Shown here piece after piece: positions 24,399 through 37,497 of a DNA stretch of 64,000 nucleotides. The translations under genes were made by a program, and so were the position numbers. The notes below the pieces were generated by a model. The model was not told the DNA's origin and did not search any database. It worked only from the letters and a program-made list of their open reading frames with translations. Source of the stretch: Felis catus (taxonomy: Eukaryota). The DNA is taken from positions 48,300,001 to 48,364,000 of the forward strand of contig NC_058368.1 in the NCBI RefSeq assembly GCF_018350175.1, in the 5' to 3' direction. Positions within the stretch are counted from its first letter, which is position 1, and each line of letters opens with the position of its first letter.

Positions 24399-24620
24399 GG
24401 GCGCCCGGGTGGCTCAGTCGGTTGAGCGACTGACTTCGGCTCAGGTCATGATCTCACAGTTTGCGAATTCGAGCCCTGTGTCGCGTGGGGCTCTGTGCTG
24501 ACAGCTCAGAGCCTGGAGCCTGCTTCAGATTCCGTGTCTCCCCCTCTCTCTGCTCCTCCCCCACTCATGATCTCTGTCTTAGCAATAAATAAACATTTAA
24601 AAAAATTAAAAAAAAAAAAA
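24399..24620 (+). mobile_element. Can-SINE
   Basis: Full SINE with an A tail. TSD aagaaa(t/g)aattttc. Confidence 0.93.
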
Positions 24621-26439
24621 AAGAAAGAATTTTCTAAAAAGTATGTAGAATGAAGAGCTGCACCAGGCTGAGCTGGCTTGGAAACGATATCCAGTGGGGA
24701 AAATTTCTCCTGGCTCCCCTTTTCAAATGGCAGAGGCATCCTCCGAAGATTCTGAAGAACCTTTGGCTAGGCTGTGCCTTTCAGAACCACTTGCTGGATC
24801 TCTTTGTGGAAAAGTAAGAAGTGGGGCTGGAGTAGACAGGGATCAAAAGAGCAAAATGACTTCAAGAACGCAGGAAGACGTGAGGACAGTCCCACTCCAT
24901 CCAGGACTGCTGCTCTGCTGGGGCTCATGCACAAACCCAGATGGCAGGCACTGGAGGGGGAAGACAAACAGGGATTGGGGGTTGGGCCAAGCCAAGTTCG
25001 TGGCAGGAAATGGGACAGTCAAGGCACTGGTGCCAAGCATCTCTAGAGCTTAGGACACTATAAGCATTCAAGAAATGTTTCCTGAATTGAATGAATGAAT
25101 GAATGAATGAGTGCATTAAGTCAGGTATTCCTAATTTTTAAATTAAAATAATCAATCAATTAATCCTTACTTGGCTGATTAATCCTAACTAGGATTCTTT
25201 TATTTCAAGTCTTTGGTTAATGGTCATTCAATTCTTTACTCTTATTCTCATTTCCCTAAACTTCATATTTTTAACACTATTACGAAGTGGCTACTGAATA
25301 TCAGAAGAGTCTGAGTAACCATTAAAACCGCATGTATGTAGGTGTCTCAGTTCTTTGCTCTAAAGTCAAGAGAATGGCAGCATTCTAAAGCATTCCTTAC
25401 AATTAAAATTCTCAGTGGAAGCACACTGAGACCGCCCGGAACATGTTGGTGAATGAAATAAAAATCTTCCTATTGATGCTGGTGAGCATGTATTGAACAC
25501 GGGAGGGTGAACAGTGAGTGACCTTCCTCCTCAGCAGTAGCGTCCTGTCCTGTCCTACTCTGAGGCTCACCAGCAGGGGCATCTGGTAACAGAACAGCTG
25601 TAGTTATGCTTTGGGTGTTTCTATTCTGCCCTTTCTATGCTTTCTGAGTGACGTGCCCTTTGTTGAGAAGGCCCTTAAGGTATCCCCAAACACATGCAAA
25701 TTGGTCCTGTGCTTGGAAAGTTGGTCTTGTTCTCAAGAATGGAAATGCGCAAATACACCGCAGCCTACGCCAGCACAGGATTCTTCCAATAATCCTTAGT
25801 AATAAGCTTGGTATGATGCAAATGGTAGAGGTAAAACGGTTGCCAGTGTGTTCCCAGAGACTGTACGAAAGGCATCTGCACAGTTCAAAAGAACAATAAC
25901 TAAAGGCCCACTCCCTTCCCCAGAAGGTTAGACCATTTGGAGTAGTGAATGAGCGCCTGAGGGGGCCTCACAGGCACTGCGTTGTAATAATTAGATCTAC
26001 AGAGAACAAATGAGTGAATCATGACTTCGGTTGCACAACAGTCCCACTTGGAATGGCAAGTTAAATTAGAATTAAACCCAGAGAGGCTCGAAAAGTCACA
26101 TCCAGGAACAGCTCTATTTAAATAGAAGGCACCGCGTGCCTGCCATGAAAGAAATTAAGGTTAACTGTAATCAGCAGGTAATAAAAGACCATTTGTCACA
26201 TGTGACCTTAGTGTGATGAGGTGCCCTTCACTGAAATTGAAGTTTCCATAGGTGTTTGGAAAAAAAAGAAAAAAAGAAAAGAAAAGAAAGCCCGGACGTT
26301 CTTTCAAGGCTGAAAAAAGAAAGAGGATACATGCATCCCAAATTTTAAAACAAGAACAGAAAACAGTGGCGTAGAAGGTGCTTTAGCAAGTTCACAGGTT
26401 CAGTCTCAACAGACCTCCAAGGAGCATGGCTGTGGATGA

Positions 26440-26660
26440 CAACGATAGCTGACATTTACAGAAGGCTTACCATGCTCCAGGCGCCGCTCTAAAGGCTTTA
26501 AGCTTCAGAGCAACTTTGTGAGGTCGACATTATTACTACCCCTCGTTTAAAGGTAAGGAAACGGAGGCATAGAGAAGGCCAAGGCCAAAACAAAGTAGGT
26601 GGCCACACCAGGAATTGAACCCAAGTGGGTGACTCTAGAACCCAATCTTAATGATTACCG
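26440..26660 (-). mobile_element. MIR
   Basis: atagctgacatttac...gtgaggtcgacattattact...ggtaaggaaacggaggcatagaga...ggaattgaacccaag. Approximate. Confidence 0.7.
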
Positions 26661-27433
26661 TCTTCGGACTCGGATAGATACAGGTAACATAAACCAGCCT
26701 AGGATAAAATGTGAAAATGCGACAAAATAATCTGTATCAATGAAATTTTCCCTCTAGCCCAATTATAGAAAACAACAGCACACAAAAGCATTCTTAAATG
26801 TACTCTGCTGTAATAAGACATACACTTTTCTCTTGAGAATTTTAAGGTAAACAGCTTTATAAATACTGCCAGTAGAGGTATTCACTATAATTACTTACTG
26901 TTAATCTACCTAAGAAAATACTTTCCTAAGTTGTTGTGGAAAAAATATTTATTTCCAGGGAGATGTTTTTCGAAGGCTGAGCCTGGCAGTGGTATGTGAT
27001 TATGTCTCCCTTGACCGCCAAGGCCACAGAACTCGTGTTTTCCTTGACATTCCAGTTTATTTACAATTGTACCAAAAATGATTTTGAGTTGGCTGCACTG
27101 ATAGAGTTACCTTAAGGGAAGGGAGAGCATTCAGTTTTAAAAATACATTTTATGCCACTTTCGGAAGTTTATTTTAAAATTATTTTGAATGGGGCATTAA
27201 ATATTACTTACTGGGATTGTGAATTAGCTTCTGCCACAGAATACAAGAACGAACCACTCCCTTGTTAGTAAATCAAACACTACACTGGGAATGAAATATC
27301 GAGGCCATAAGCCAAAAAAGAAGTTGATGAGACTTTCAGTTAACCAGACATTACATAAATCTTAGTAATAGAGCTTCTGTTCACTTGGACAAGCCAGATA
27401 TTCGCATTTTTTTTTTTTTTGCAGGCTTTCTCT

Positions 27434-27452
27434 CAGCCACTAGATGGCTCTC
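27434..27452 (+). promoter_or_regulatory. Candidate CTCF site
   Basis: CAGCCACTAGATGGCTCTC. Motif match only. Confidence 0.5.
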
Positions 27453-28350
27453 AGGAGCAGGAATCTTTGTATCTGTCCTTCCATACTGTAACAGATTCTG
27501 TCTAGCTGCTATCAAACCAAATCAGTGTTTTTCTAGGATATTAATTGGGGAAAAGGTGCTATTTAGATACACTCACTATCTATTCCCTAGAAGCTACATC
27601 CCAAGGCAGTGCAGATTCAACAGCATGAAGTTCCTCTTTCATTGCTGCCTGCAGATTCCTACGGAAAACTACTTTTGATAACAGATTGAAATTGTAAGAT
27701 TAGTAGTTGCCAACCTTTCCAGAAGCTGTGACTAAGGCATTACACTGCTTCATGTTCAAATCTGGATTCAATAAAAATAAATCCATTTTCACAAAATGTA
27801 TAAAGCAAGAGTAATACATTTGCTAAAATATGTCAACAAGCTTAATCTTAGCATATACTCAACTAGAACTTGGCACTTTTTTTCATATGAACAGAATATG
27901 CCCAAAATGTAGTTCTAATTATTGTTTTATGTTAATAAATAAAGTCTCCTACGAATTACAGATAATAAATTTATGAGTGAGGTTTTCTGGGAGGTGGGTT
28001 TGTGGATAGACTCAGTATATCATGATTTTTACTTAAATGTAACAGCTGTTACTAAGTCTTTTTCATCACTTGCTAGACCATTAAAATACTCAAAACTGTT
28101 ATGGGCTTATATTTCTGCTCTTTTTTTGATTCATCACATTTTAGCAAGTTAAGATCATAAGTTGCAGTAACAAAAGGCTTAAAGATAAAACAGAAAAAAA
28201 AGGAACCAGTTAATGGCATTAGCTGTGGTTGGTTTTATCATCAAATTTAGGATGAATTTAGATTACAAGCTGAGAGGGGATTGTTTGTTAACAAAAGAGA
28301 TCCATTTCACAGGGCAGTATCTACTCAAAATAGCTACTGTGGGGTGGGGT

Positions 28351-28556
28351 GGGGCACCTGGGTGGCTCAGTCAGTTAAGCATCTGACCTCAGATCAGGTC
28401 ACCATCTCACAGTTCCTAGAGTTCCAGCCAAACGTTGGGCTCTGTGCTGACAGCTCAGAGCCTGGAGACTGCTTCAGATTCTTTGTCTGCTTCTCTCTCT
28501 TTCCCTCCCTCACTATCTGTCTCTCTCAAAAATACATAAACGTTAAAAAAAATTTA
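28351..28556 (+). mobile_element. Can-SINE
   Basis: ggggcacctgggtggctcagtcagttaagc... with an A-rich tail and a degenerate TSD. Confidence 0.92.
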
Positions 28557-29101
28557 AAAAGTTACTTTGGGGAAATGCTGTATGCATTGCAAAGACTTTA
28601 CCCCATCAAATCAATTCATAATATCGGCTGAAACAAGTGTGGATTTCTGAATTACACTGGACACTGAATAGAAGACACATAATGTACTGAAATATTCCAA
28701 TGAACTTTCCGCAGAATTTCTTCAGAAAACATCAGGGTTGAAACTCTGTTTTATGCCGGGAGTTGTAGCTTAATGGATCATCTGAATCTTAAACTTACTA
28801 GGTATAAAAAGGAGCAATTATTTAAACCTGAAAGCCTTTAAGGCAGGCCCTGTTCTCTCCAGTTGCCCTAAGTCCTACTGTTACCTATTGCCTTACAAGG
28901 GCAGCGCTTTACATTAATCTTCAGGGTATTGTCCATGAACCCATCTGATTTGGAGATCCTCTAGAATCCTGCTAGGTTAAAAATAAATAAATAAGTTCTA
29001 CTTACTTCCTTAAAGATAAACTTTAAACTTGTCAAGAGTGCAGATATGGTCTGATGCATGCCTCTCTTGAAGTTGGCCTATCAACAGGTGCCTGGAAGTG
29101 T

Positions 29102-29470
29102 GAAGGGGGGAGGGAGGAGGGAAGGAAGGGAGGGAGGGAGGGAAGAAGGAAGGAAGGGAGGGAGGGAGGAAGGGAGGGAGGGAGGAAGGGAGAGAGGGAG
29201 GAATGGAGGGAGGGAGGAAGGAATGGAGGGAGGGAGGAAGGGAGGGAGGGAGGAAGGGAGAGAGGGAGGAAGGGAGGGAGGGGGGACGGGAAGAGGGAGG
29301 GAGAGGGAGGGAGGGAGGCAGGAAGGAAGGGAGGGAGGAAGGAAGGGAGAGAGGGAGGAAGGGAGGGAGGAAGGGAGGGGAGAGGGAAGGAGGGAGGGAG
29401 GAAGAGAGGGAGGGAGGGAGGACGGAATGAGAGGAGGGAGGAAGGAAACCAACAAGGAAGGGATAGGAGG
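29102..29470. repeat. Polypurine (GGGA/GGAA)n low-complexity tract, about 370 bp
   Basis: Almost exclusively G/A on the + strand. It is the source of the stacked low-complexity ORFs. Confidence 0.97.
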
Positions 29471-29698
29471 TTGGGTAACACAGTCAGGCCTGTGAGGACT
29501 TTATTAAATGTGGACACTGGAGTCTCACCCTAACACTGCTCGAGGGCAGAATTTTATATAAAGAAGTTAGTTTTTCTCTATCAGAAGGTCTTATTGTAAG
29601 GCAGATTCACTAACAAGATAGCCCTATGGATGTACTCCAGGCAATGGCAGGATATAAAGCTCTGTATTTTAAATATCAAGACATATATAAAATGTTTT

Positions 29699-29824
29699 GG
29701 GGTGCCTGGGTGGCTCAGTCGGTTAAACGTCTGACTCCTGATTTTGGCTCAGGTCATGATCTCACGGTTCATGAGATTTCTTGCTCCATGTTGGGCTCCA
29801 TGTGCCGATAGTGCAGAGCTTGGG

Positions 29825-29882
<58 letters not shown>

Positions 29883-29967
29883 TCTCTCTCTTTCTGCCCC
29901 TCCCTGGCTCATGCATGCGTTCTCTCTCTCGCTCTCTCTTAAATAAATAAACTTAAAAAAATAAAAC
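29699..29967 (+). mobile_element. Can-SINE with a long (CT)n expansion
   Basis: SINE head ggggtgcctgggtggctcagtcgg, (CT)n at about 29827-29890, TSD tataaaatgttt. Confidence 0.92.
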
Positions 29968-31294
29968 CTGTATAAAATGTTTCAAACATACAGTTCTAAT
30001 GAGATGGTATAATGTAAATCATAAATAAACTTTTGAAGTGACCACCAAAACAGGCCTCCACCTATTTTATGCTGATCATTAACCAGGTCTATGTTACACT
30101 AGAGATTTCTTTTATTAACACTGAAATTATATCAGTTAACTATCTGGTACTTAAGCTTACATAAATTATTGAAGCAGTTTTTATTGCACGTATGGGGATA
30201 TATAAATAACAAAACCAAGTAGATTTCATTGGTATTCCACTTGAATTTTGTTGGCCAAAAGGGCTGTCTGGTGCCACAGACAGGCGTTTCTCCTACCATC
30301 AAATCAGCATGTATTTGAGGAAAAAAATAAAATCTTCCCAATTACGGAGGGAATATTTTACCTGTTTTGTACTTCCTTTCCTGAAAATTTCACTTAGTTT
30401 TTGAATACCCCACCAAATTAATGTTGAAAAAAAATAAGAAAATATATTAATGTGACCCACCTTCGTATTTGGAAGACATGTAGAAGGTGAGGAAACAGGT
30501 TCAGAAAGTTAATGAATTACTATGCCACAGCCACCTAGCTAAATATTGGCAGAGTTGGAACCAGATGCCCAGTTCCTGGCCCCTCAAGCTAGGACTCTTC
30601 CATTCTCCAATAAGGTTGTAGAAAGAGCTGTGTCATAATTTTTACTTAGTATGAAGGCAAATCTGCTTGGCAACACTGATAGTCATTTTTTTCTTTCATC
30701 AAATAGACTAAAAAACTCCCCACCCTATTTACTTTTTTGCTTTGGCTGCCAGGAAACTCAGCCACGATAGCCTAGGATTTGGTGCTTGTTTTCTACTCAA
30801 ATTACACAACTCCCAAACTAAAACTATAGTTTTTTATCCTATAGAGTAATTTTAAATGTATGTCTCATGAATTACTTTCAGCACTACGTGGAATATTTAT
30901 GTTAAACAAGGAAAACAAAACAAAAGAGCATTTACTTAAAAATGGAGAAAAACATGTGAAATCTGAGTCTGAGTTTTAACACGCAGACCTCTAAATTAAA
31001 GTTTTGTATTCTAAGCTCGTATTTTGATCTTTAAGAAAAAAAGAGAAAACAAGACTATTTTTTGTTGCTGTTCCTTCAGAAAAAGCATAGACTGTAACCT
31101 GATAATCTAAATATGAATCATAAATTATAATTTATTAGTGATGGCATTTTAGACATTTAATCTCTTTGATTTTCAGATTCCCAAAATTCAAATGTGGAGC
31201 CATCAGAACGATTTGCCAAGAGTAATGTAAAGCTGACTCAATGTCAATATATCTTTAACGCTTCTTAATTTCAGGCTCTTCCTTATTCTTCCTT

Positions 31295-33495
31295 TTCTGG
31301 TTAATAACTTTAAGATATAATTCACACATGGGGAGGAGGATGGGGGGGATGAGCTAAATGGGTGGTGGGCATGAAGGAGGGCACTTGTTGGGATGAGCAC
31401 TGGGTGTTATATGTAAGTGATGAATCACTAAATTCTACTCCTGAAACCCATACTACACTATATGTTAACTAACATGAACTAAAAAGACAAAAGACGTAAT
31501 TCACATATGATAAAATTCAACCTATAAAATGTACGATTCAGCAGCATTCATTATATTCACAATGTTACGGAACCACAACCTCTGTCTAGTTCCAGAATAT
31601 TCTCATCACCCGGAAAGGAAATTCCATATAATGCACCTCCCCCACCGAGTCTCGGGGGACAACTCAACTACTTTCATCTCCATAGATTTGCCTATTCTGC
31701 ACATTTAGGAGGAACAGAATCATACAAAATGGGTCCTTTTGTGCCTGGCTTCTTTCCTAAATTTAGCATCAAGTTTTCAAGGTTCACCCATATTGTAGCA
31801 TACATCAACACTTCATTCTTTTTTACAACTGAATCATATTCCATTATAGAGATATGGCACACTCTCTTACCTGTTCATTAGCTGATGAACTTTTCAGTTA
31901 TTATGACTAATGCTGCTATGAACATTTGTATACGTTTTTGGTGGACATGTTTTATATTCTCTTAGGTATATATCTAGGAGAATTAACAGTGCTAGATTAT
32001 ATGGTAAGTCTACGTTTAATACTGAGGATTTTTCAAACTGTTTTTTCAAAGTGACTACACCATTTTGTAATTTGACCAGCAATGGAAGTTATAATCCCTC
32101 ATCATCCTCATCAAACATTGTGTCTGTTGTCTTCATTTTAGCCATCCCAGTGTGTGTATCTCATCATGGTTTTGCTTTGCAATTTCCCTAATGGCTAACG
32201 AAGTGGAACATCTTTTCATGTGCTCATAGACCGTTTGTAGATCTTCTTTGGAGAAATGTCTATTCAAATATGTTGCCTATTTTAAATGTGGGCTGCCTTT
32301 GTATCGCTGAGTTGTGGGATTTCTATTTATTCTAGGATACAAGACTCTTCTCAGATACATGGTTTGCAAATATTTTCTCCCAAATCCGTGGCCTGCCTTT
32401 TCACTTTCTTGTGTCCTTAAAGCATAACAGTTTTAAATTTTGATTAAGTCCAATTTAATATTTCCTTAGCCATTATGTGTGTTTGCTATTATATCTAAGA
32501 AGGCTTTAACTAACTTATTAAGGTCTTGAAGATTTACTCTTCTGTTTTCATCTAAAAGCATTATAGATTTAGCTCTTACAGTTAGATCTATGATCATTTT
32601 GGGCTCATTTTTGTGTATGGAGTCTAATTTCATTCTCTCCATATGGTTATACAGCGGCCCCAGCATTATTTGCTGAAAAGATTTTTCTTCATTGGATTGT
32701 CTTGGCACCCTTGTGAAAAATCAACCGACCATAAATGAAAAGGTTTATTTCTCAACTCTTGCTTCTGCCCCCTTCATTTCTATGTGTACACTTTAACCCT
32801 AGTACCACACTGTCTAGGTTTTATAGCTTTGAGGTAAATTTTGAAATTGGACATTGTTAGTCTTCTAAATTTGTTCTTTTTTTCAAGACTTTTTCCAAGA
32901 TTATTTTCAAATGAATTGCAAGGTCAGTTTGTCAATTTCTGCAAAATAAAATGCAGTTAAAATTTAAGTAGGGGTTTCATTGAATTTATTTACCATTTTG
33001 TGGAATGCTGCTATCTTACCAACATTAAGTCTTTCAATCCACGAACATGGGACATCTTTCCATTTAAGATTTAATTTTTTTAAATGATGCTTCATAGTTT
33101 TCGTGTTCCAAGATGTTCAGTGTTAAAGACATTCCTTTCCATTCTTAGTCTGCTGAGTGTTTTTATCATTGAAAGGATGCTAGAATTGTCAAATGCCTTT
33201 TCTGTACCTCTTGAGATAATCACGTGGTCTTGCCTTTTAGTCTATTAATATAACGTATTATACTGATTGACAGTCCTGTGTCAAACCAGCCTCATTCCTG
33301 GGTTAAATCTCACTTGGTCATGGTATATAATTATTTTTATATGTTGCTAGATTCAGTTTGCTTGTATTTTGTTATGGGCTCTTGAGTTGATATTCGCAAG
33401 GGATTTTGTTGTGTAGTTTTCTTGTGATGTCTATCTGGTTTTGGTATCAGAGTAATGTTGTCCTCATTGAAGAAGTTGGGAAGAGAATGTTCTGT
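31295..33495 (-). mobile_element. Old L1 (L1MB-like), about 2.2 kb: 3' UTR plus decayed ORF2 3' part
   Basis: Antisense L1 hallmarks: ataattcaca...gatttgcctattctg..., tctttggagaaatgtctattcaaat, tttgcaaatattttctcccaa, ttttggtatcagagtaatg. ORF2 is broken by stops and frameshifts. Confidence 0.85.
31331..31490 (+). mobile_element. Carnivore L1 3' end nested in the older L1
   Basis: aaggagggcacttgttgggatgagcactgggtgttatatgtaagtgatgaatcactaaattctac. TSD aaga(ta/cg)taattcaca(c/t)atg at 31312-31330 and 31491-31509. Confidence 0.88.
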
Positions 33496-34372
33496 GCCAC
33501 TTCTTGACCTTGGGTTTCATGATACCATATTTACACCAAGAACCATTCCTTACTATGTTGACTATTCCTATTTGCTAATACCCTTTCTCTTCAGCCTCAG
33601 TTTTGCTGTTAGCCTGCTTCTATGGAGCTGATGTTTCTGACATTTCTAAGCTATTGGCCCTACTCTCACCTAGAAGTTCTCATATGCAACTAAAGTCTTG
33701 GGGTCGCCAAATGCACAATCCTGGCCTATCCCTATTCCCCTAAGAAGGAGGATTAGATTAAAAAAACAAAATAAAACAAAACAAAACAAAACGCTTTGCC
33801 AGCTTTAGAGCATCATGCAAATATTACTTTCCCAATTTCACTTTTCTCCATTATTGGTATAGCACTATCTATGGTTCCCAGGATCAAAGTATTGTTCGTT
33901 ATTACTGGTAGTCTCTTAATGTGTATGGTATTGTTTTAGTAAACTTGCTGTGTGTTGTAAAATACTACAGGTGGCATAATAAAGGCTTATATATTGTCAT
34001 ATGTAAACTTAGAAGATCATCACAGAAAGGTAGGCAGGATCAACATGGGCAGTCTGACAGCTGACAAACAGCAGAGAAAAGCAGCTCAGGACAGTTAAAT
34101 GCCTGGGAAATAATAAGAGTAGTAGTCTATGCCTCTTTCTACATCACATCTTTCCTACCGAAAGATGAAGAACGTTTAATATATCATGATGGAAATACTA
34201 AATCTCTTGCATATATTTATTGATGATTAAATATCATTTGTACTGTTGATATTTTTTAACCAGGTTTTCCCTGCTGAGAAAATCAGTAAGATAAGAGAGT
34301 TTAAATTAGTGGCAGTCTGTCATATACATATTTTTCATCTTAACTCTATTGATTCAATAAAATAAAACAACA

Positions 34373-34490
34373 GGGGTACCTGGCTGGCTCAGTCGGAAGA
34401 GCATATGGCTCTTGATGTCAGGGCTGCAAGTTCAAGCCCCACGTTGGTGCAAAGATTACTCAAATAAATAAAACTTTTAAAAAATTACAA
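34373..34490 (+). mobile_element. Short tRNA-derived carnivore SINE (tSINE-like)
   Basis: ggggtacctggctggctcagtcggaagagc...gttcaagccccacgttgg. TSD aaaataaaacaaca. Confidence 0.85.
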
Positions 34491-35290
34491 AAAATAAAAC
34501 AACAAATATTTTCTGTGAGTTCACCATAGCAAAGCAAGTGGGCATCCTCAAAAAGTTTATAATCTGGTGAGGTATAGGATTTGAAGATTTATCTCCCTCA
34601 GGTAGGTGAAAAAAGACTCAAACCTTTGCCAATTCCATGGCGTGTAGAAATATAGCCCCCAACCAGTCAAGATGTATGTGGATTTCTGGGAGGTGTATGT
34701 TCTCAGGGCCTCCTAGATCTCTAGCACCAATCCTGATGCTAAAACCAGCACCACCTTCAATTTTCACATCAAGAACAACCACATAAACTCATCTGAGGGT
34801 TTAGTAGCCCTTTTTACTATAGGCTCCTAGACTTTGGCGCTCTTTTTCTAGTGTTCTCAGCATTGGTAAAATGCCTTGGGCTACCTCTGTGGTGCTCACT
34901 GGTCCCATCTGGCTTCAGGCAATCCCTCATTTTACTGGCAGTTTCTCTCTCCTTCCTCTCTTCTCTGGTTTCTGCTCCCATCCCTAGCTCATCTTTATTT
35001 AGAAGAAAAACAAATTCCTTCCCTTTGTGCATGCAAGAGTGGCTTGCCCCTACTTAAAGCCTTGTGGTTCCAGTTACATACAAGTCTTTGGCTGGGAGGT
35101 GAGAACAGGGTTTATAGCTTAAAGTCCACCTCCAAGCATTCCTAAGGACACATTTTCCATACCGAGAGAGTTTTGTTCTGGAGGAACTTGGTGCCAGCTG
35201 TTAACATCATAAAAATTTCTTCAACTTATTATATATGCAAATCATAATTACACAAGGCATAAACATGATTTGTGATAAAGAAAAGAATAA

Positions 35291-35594
35291 TAAAGTACTA
35301 TGGGATTAAAGGGAGAGAGTGTTTCATTCTGGTTGAGATCAGGACAAACTTAACGGAGGATACCAACAAGTAGGTCTTGAAGAATACTGACAAGCTGCCA
35401 TGTGCGTGGTGAAGAGAAAGCAGAAGAGATGAGAACAGAAAAGATGAGGACAATGGTCCAGATACCATCGACTTTGTTCCCTATGGAGAACTACATTTTG
35501 TAGGGCCTAGAAAAAAATCAGGATTTTTTTTTTTTTTGAGGAAAATCTTGGCTTATGAAAGTAAAATTTATTGGTGAGGAAGTGATTAAAGTCA
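35291..35594 (+). repeat. Copy 1 of a local ~305-bp direct duplication (within an L2-like relic)
   Basis: Collinear with 37498-37802. Shared blocks: taaagtacta, tttcattctggttgagatcagg, ggaggataccaacaagt, gaagagaaagcagaagag, ccagatacca, ggcttatgaa, ggaagtgattaa. Confidence 0.9.
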
Positions 35595-37377
35595 AGGCCC
35601 TTATCAATTAGAGAGCCATTAACTGCTATGACCTAAGAAGCAGATTCTCCCTGAGCCAAACTAGTGTCTTCAAATCTGAACACAAGAGGACCAATTCCAA
35701 GGCATTTCAGGAGTAGATCTGTCAGTTCTTGGTGACCGGTTAGAAAATGGTGGATAAAGGAAAGAGGAATGATAGGTGAGCCCAATGGCTGAGCCTGGGT
35801 GACCAGGATAAGAGCAATGTCATTAGCTAACCCAGAGTCCACAGGAGAGTGGCAAGATAGGAAAAGCTAGTGATTCAAATTAATGCACATATAAACAATA
35901 GATACATGTTTCAAAGACAACAGAGTGGCACTTTCTTTTCACTTGCTAGGCAAGTAATAAATTAAAAGGGGAGTAGAAACTAGGTAATAAAGAAGTATTT
36001 TCAAGGATAACTTGAATGGATTTCATAAAAGAAAGCTCATAAAACAAATTTAATGGTAATGGAATTTCATTAAGTGCTGTCCAATCTGTAATTGTAAAGG
36101 CCAGGTACTTTGCTGAGAAAATTAGACGAAAAATGCATAGTTTTTGTTTATTCAGTCAATTAACATTCATTAAATTTGTTTGGGGATATTACTAAGTTTA
36201 TAGTTGGCAGTTTATATACTTGATGACCTAGGTGATTGCTTTTCTGAGTTGTTTTAATTATAGGAGTTTGTTTTCCTGGACCTCAAAGAGATCCACTTAA
36301 GTGGAAGGGGGCACAAGGATGAAAGAAACACATTTGGAAGCTCTTGCTATTGCCTTAGGCAGCTTGCTGGGTGTTTTGCATGGAAGAATAGCTTGAAACA
36401 GTGGATGGACTGAAAGACAAGAGTTCAGAACTACCAGGGTAAGAATCTTGCTGTTGAAATTTTAGCTTTGTCTTAGAAAAACTTAGTAGCTTCCCTAAAC
36501 TTTGCCTTTTAAAAAAAAAATTTTTTTTAACAAGACAGTAATACCTACCTTGCAGGGTTATAAGAAAGATTAGGGTTATGAAAATAAAACCCTGTATACA
36601 AACAGGGGGATATTCAGGACAACAGAAGTTACTGTTGTTTCACTTTGTGCTAACCTCGATTATTAGCCCCATTTTACAGATGAGGACTCTGGGACTCAGT
36701 CAAGTTAAGTAACTCACCAGAGAGCACAAGGGTTAAGAGGTGGGGGCCGACTTTTTTTTTTTTTTAGTAATTGTTATTCCAGTCATCTAACAACACTTCC
36801 TGGCAGAGGGGATGTTCAACAGAAATTTGCTGAATATTAATGAAAAGTATCTTGTATCTATGTTTCTCCCTTTCTCTTGATCTCTGAATCCTGGAGGGTC
36901 GCTGAGCTCAGTCTTCTGGCCACTTCTCTTTTCTGCTTCAACTCTTTCTCCGGCTGATCGTGTTCACTTGTACGTCTTGTACAGTGTGCTTTACATACCA
37001 TCTTTTTACATGCTACCCATTTTTATTTCTATAGCCCCTCTTCCCTGAGCTCCAGTCTCATGTATCTTTTTGACCTTCCACTTGTGTGTCCATCAGACAT
37101 CTCGAACATGGTGAAAGCTGAACACATGACATTCTCCCCCACACTCCCTCCTCCCCCAGTTTTCTCTATCAGAGGAAATGACCACTATTCTCCTGGTGGC
37201 TCATTATCTCCCATCTGCAATCTGCCAATAGGACCCAACGGCTCAACTTTCCAAATGTATCCAGACTTCGATACTTCTCACTAGCTTCACCACCACACTC
37301 CTCTCTTATCTGGCTTCCTGCTGTAGCATCTAATCAGAATCCTTTGTCCTTCCATACCCTTTCCCTTTTCCCCACAC

Positions 37378-37477
37378 TTTTTTTTTTTTATGGTAAATAT
37401 ATGTAGCATAGAATTTACCCCTCTAATAATTTTTAAGTGTGCATTTCAGTGGCATTCAGTATATTCACATTAACACA
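37378..37477 (-). mobile_element. Short L1 (L1MA-like) 3' end, antisense
   Basis: poly(T) then atggtaaatatatgtagcatagaatttacc...tttttaagtgtgcatttcagtggcattcagtatattcacatt. Confidence 0.8.
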
Positions 37478-37497
37478 AGCCAGAAAAAGAGAGGAGT

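Noticed and set aside
29032..29533. Five overlapping 75-161 aa ORFs (Pro/Ser/Leu- or Gly/Arg/Glu-rich)
   Set aside because: These are artefacts of the stop-free (GGGA/GGAA)n tract.
31894..32708. ORFs with L1 ORF2-like fragments
   Set aside because: Decayed, frameshifted L1 with no intact RT or endonuclease.
34373..34490. tRNA-like sequences with A/B boxes (also 11695 and 57706)
   Set aside because: They have A tails and, where visible, TSDs, and I cannot fold a convincing cloverleaf. They are tRNA-derived SINEs, not tRNA genes.
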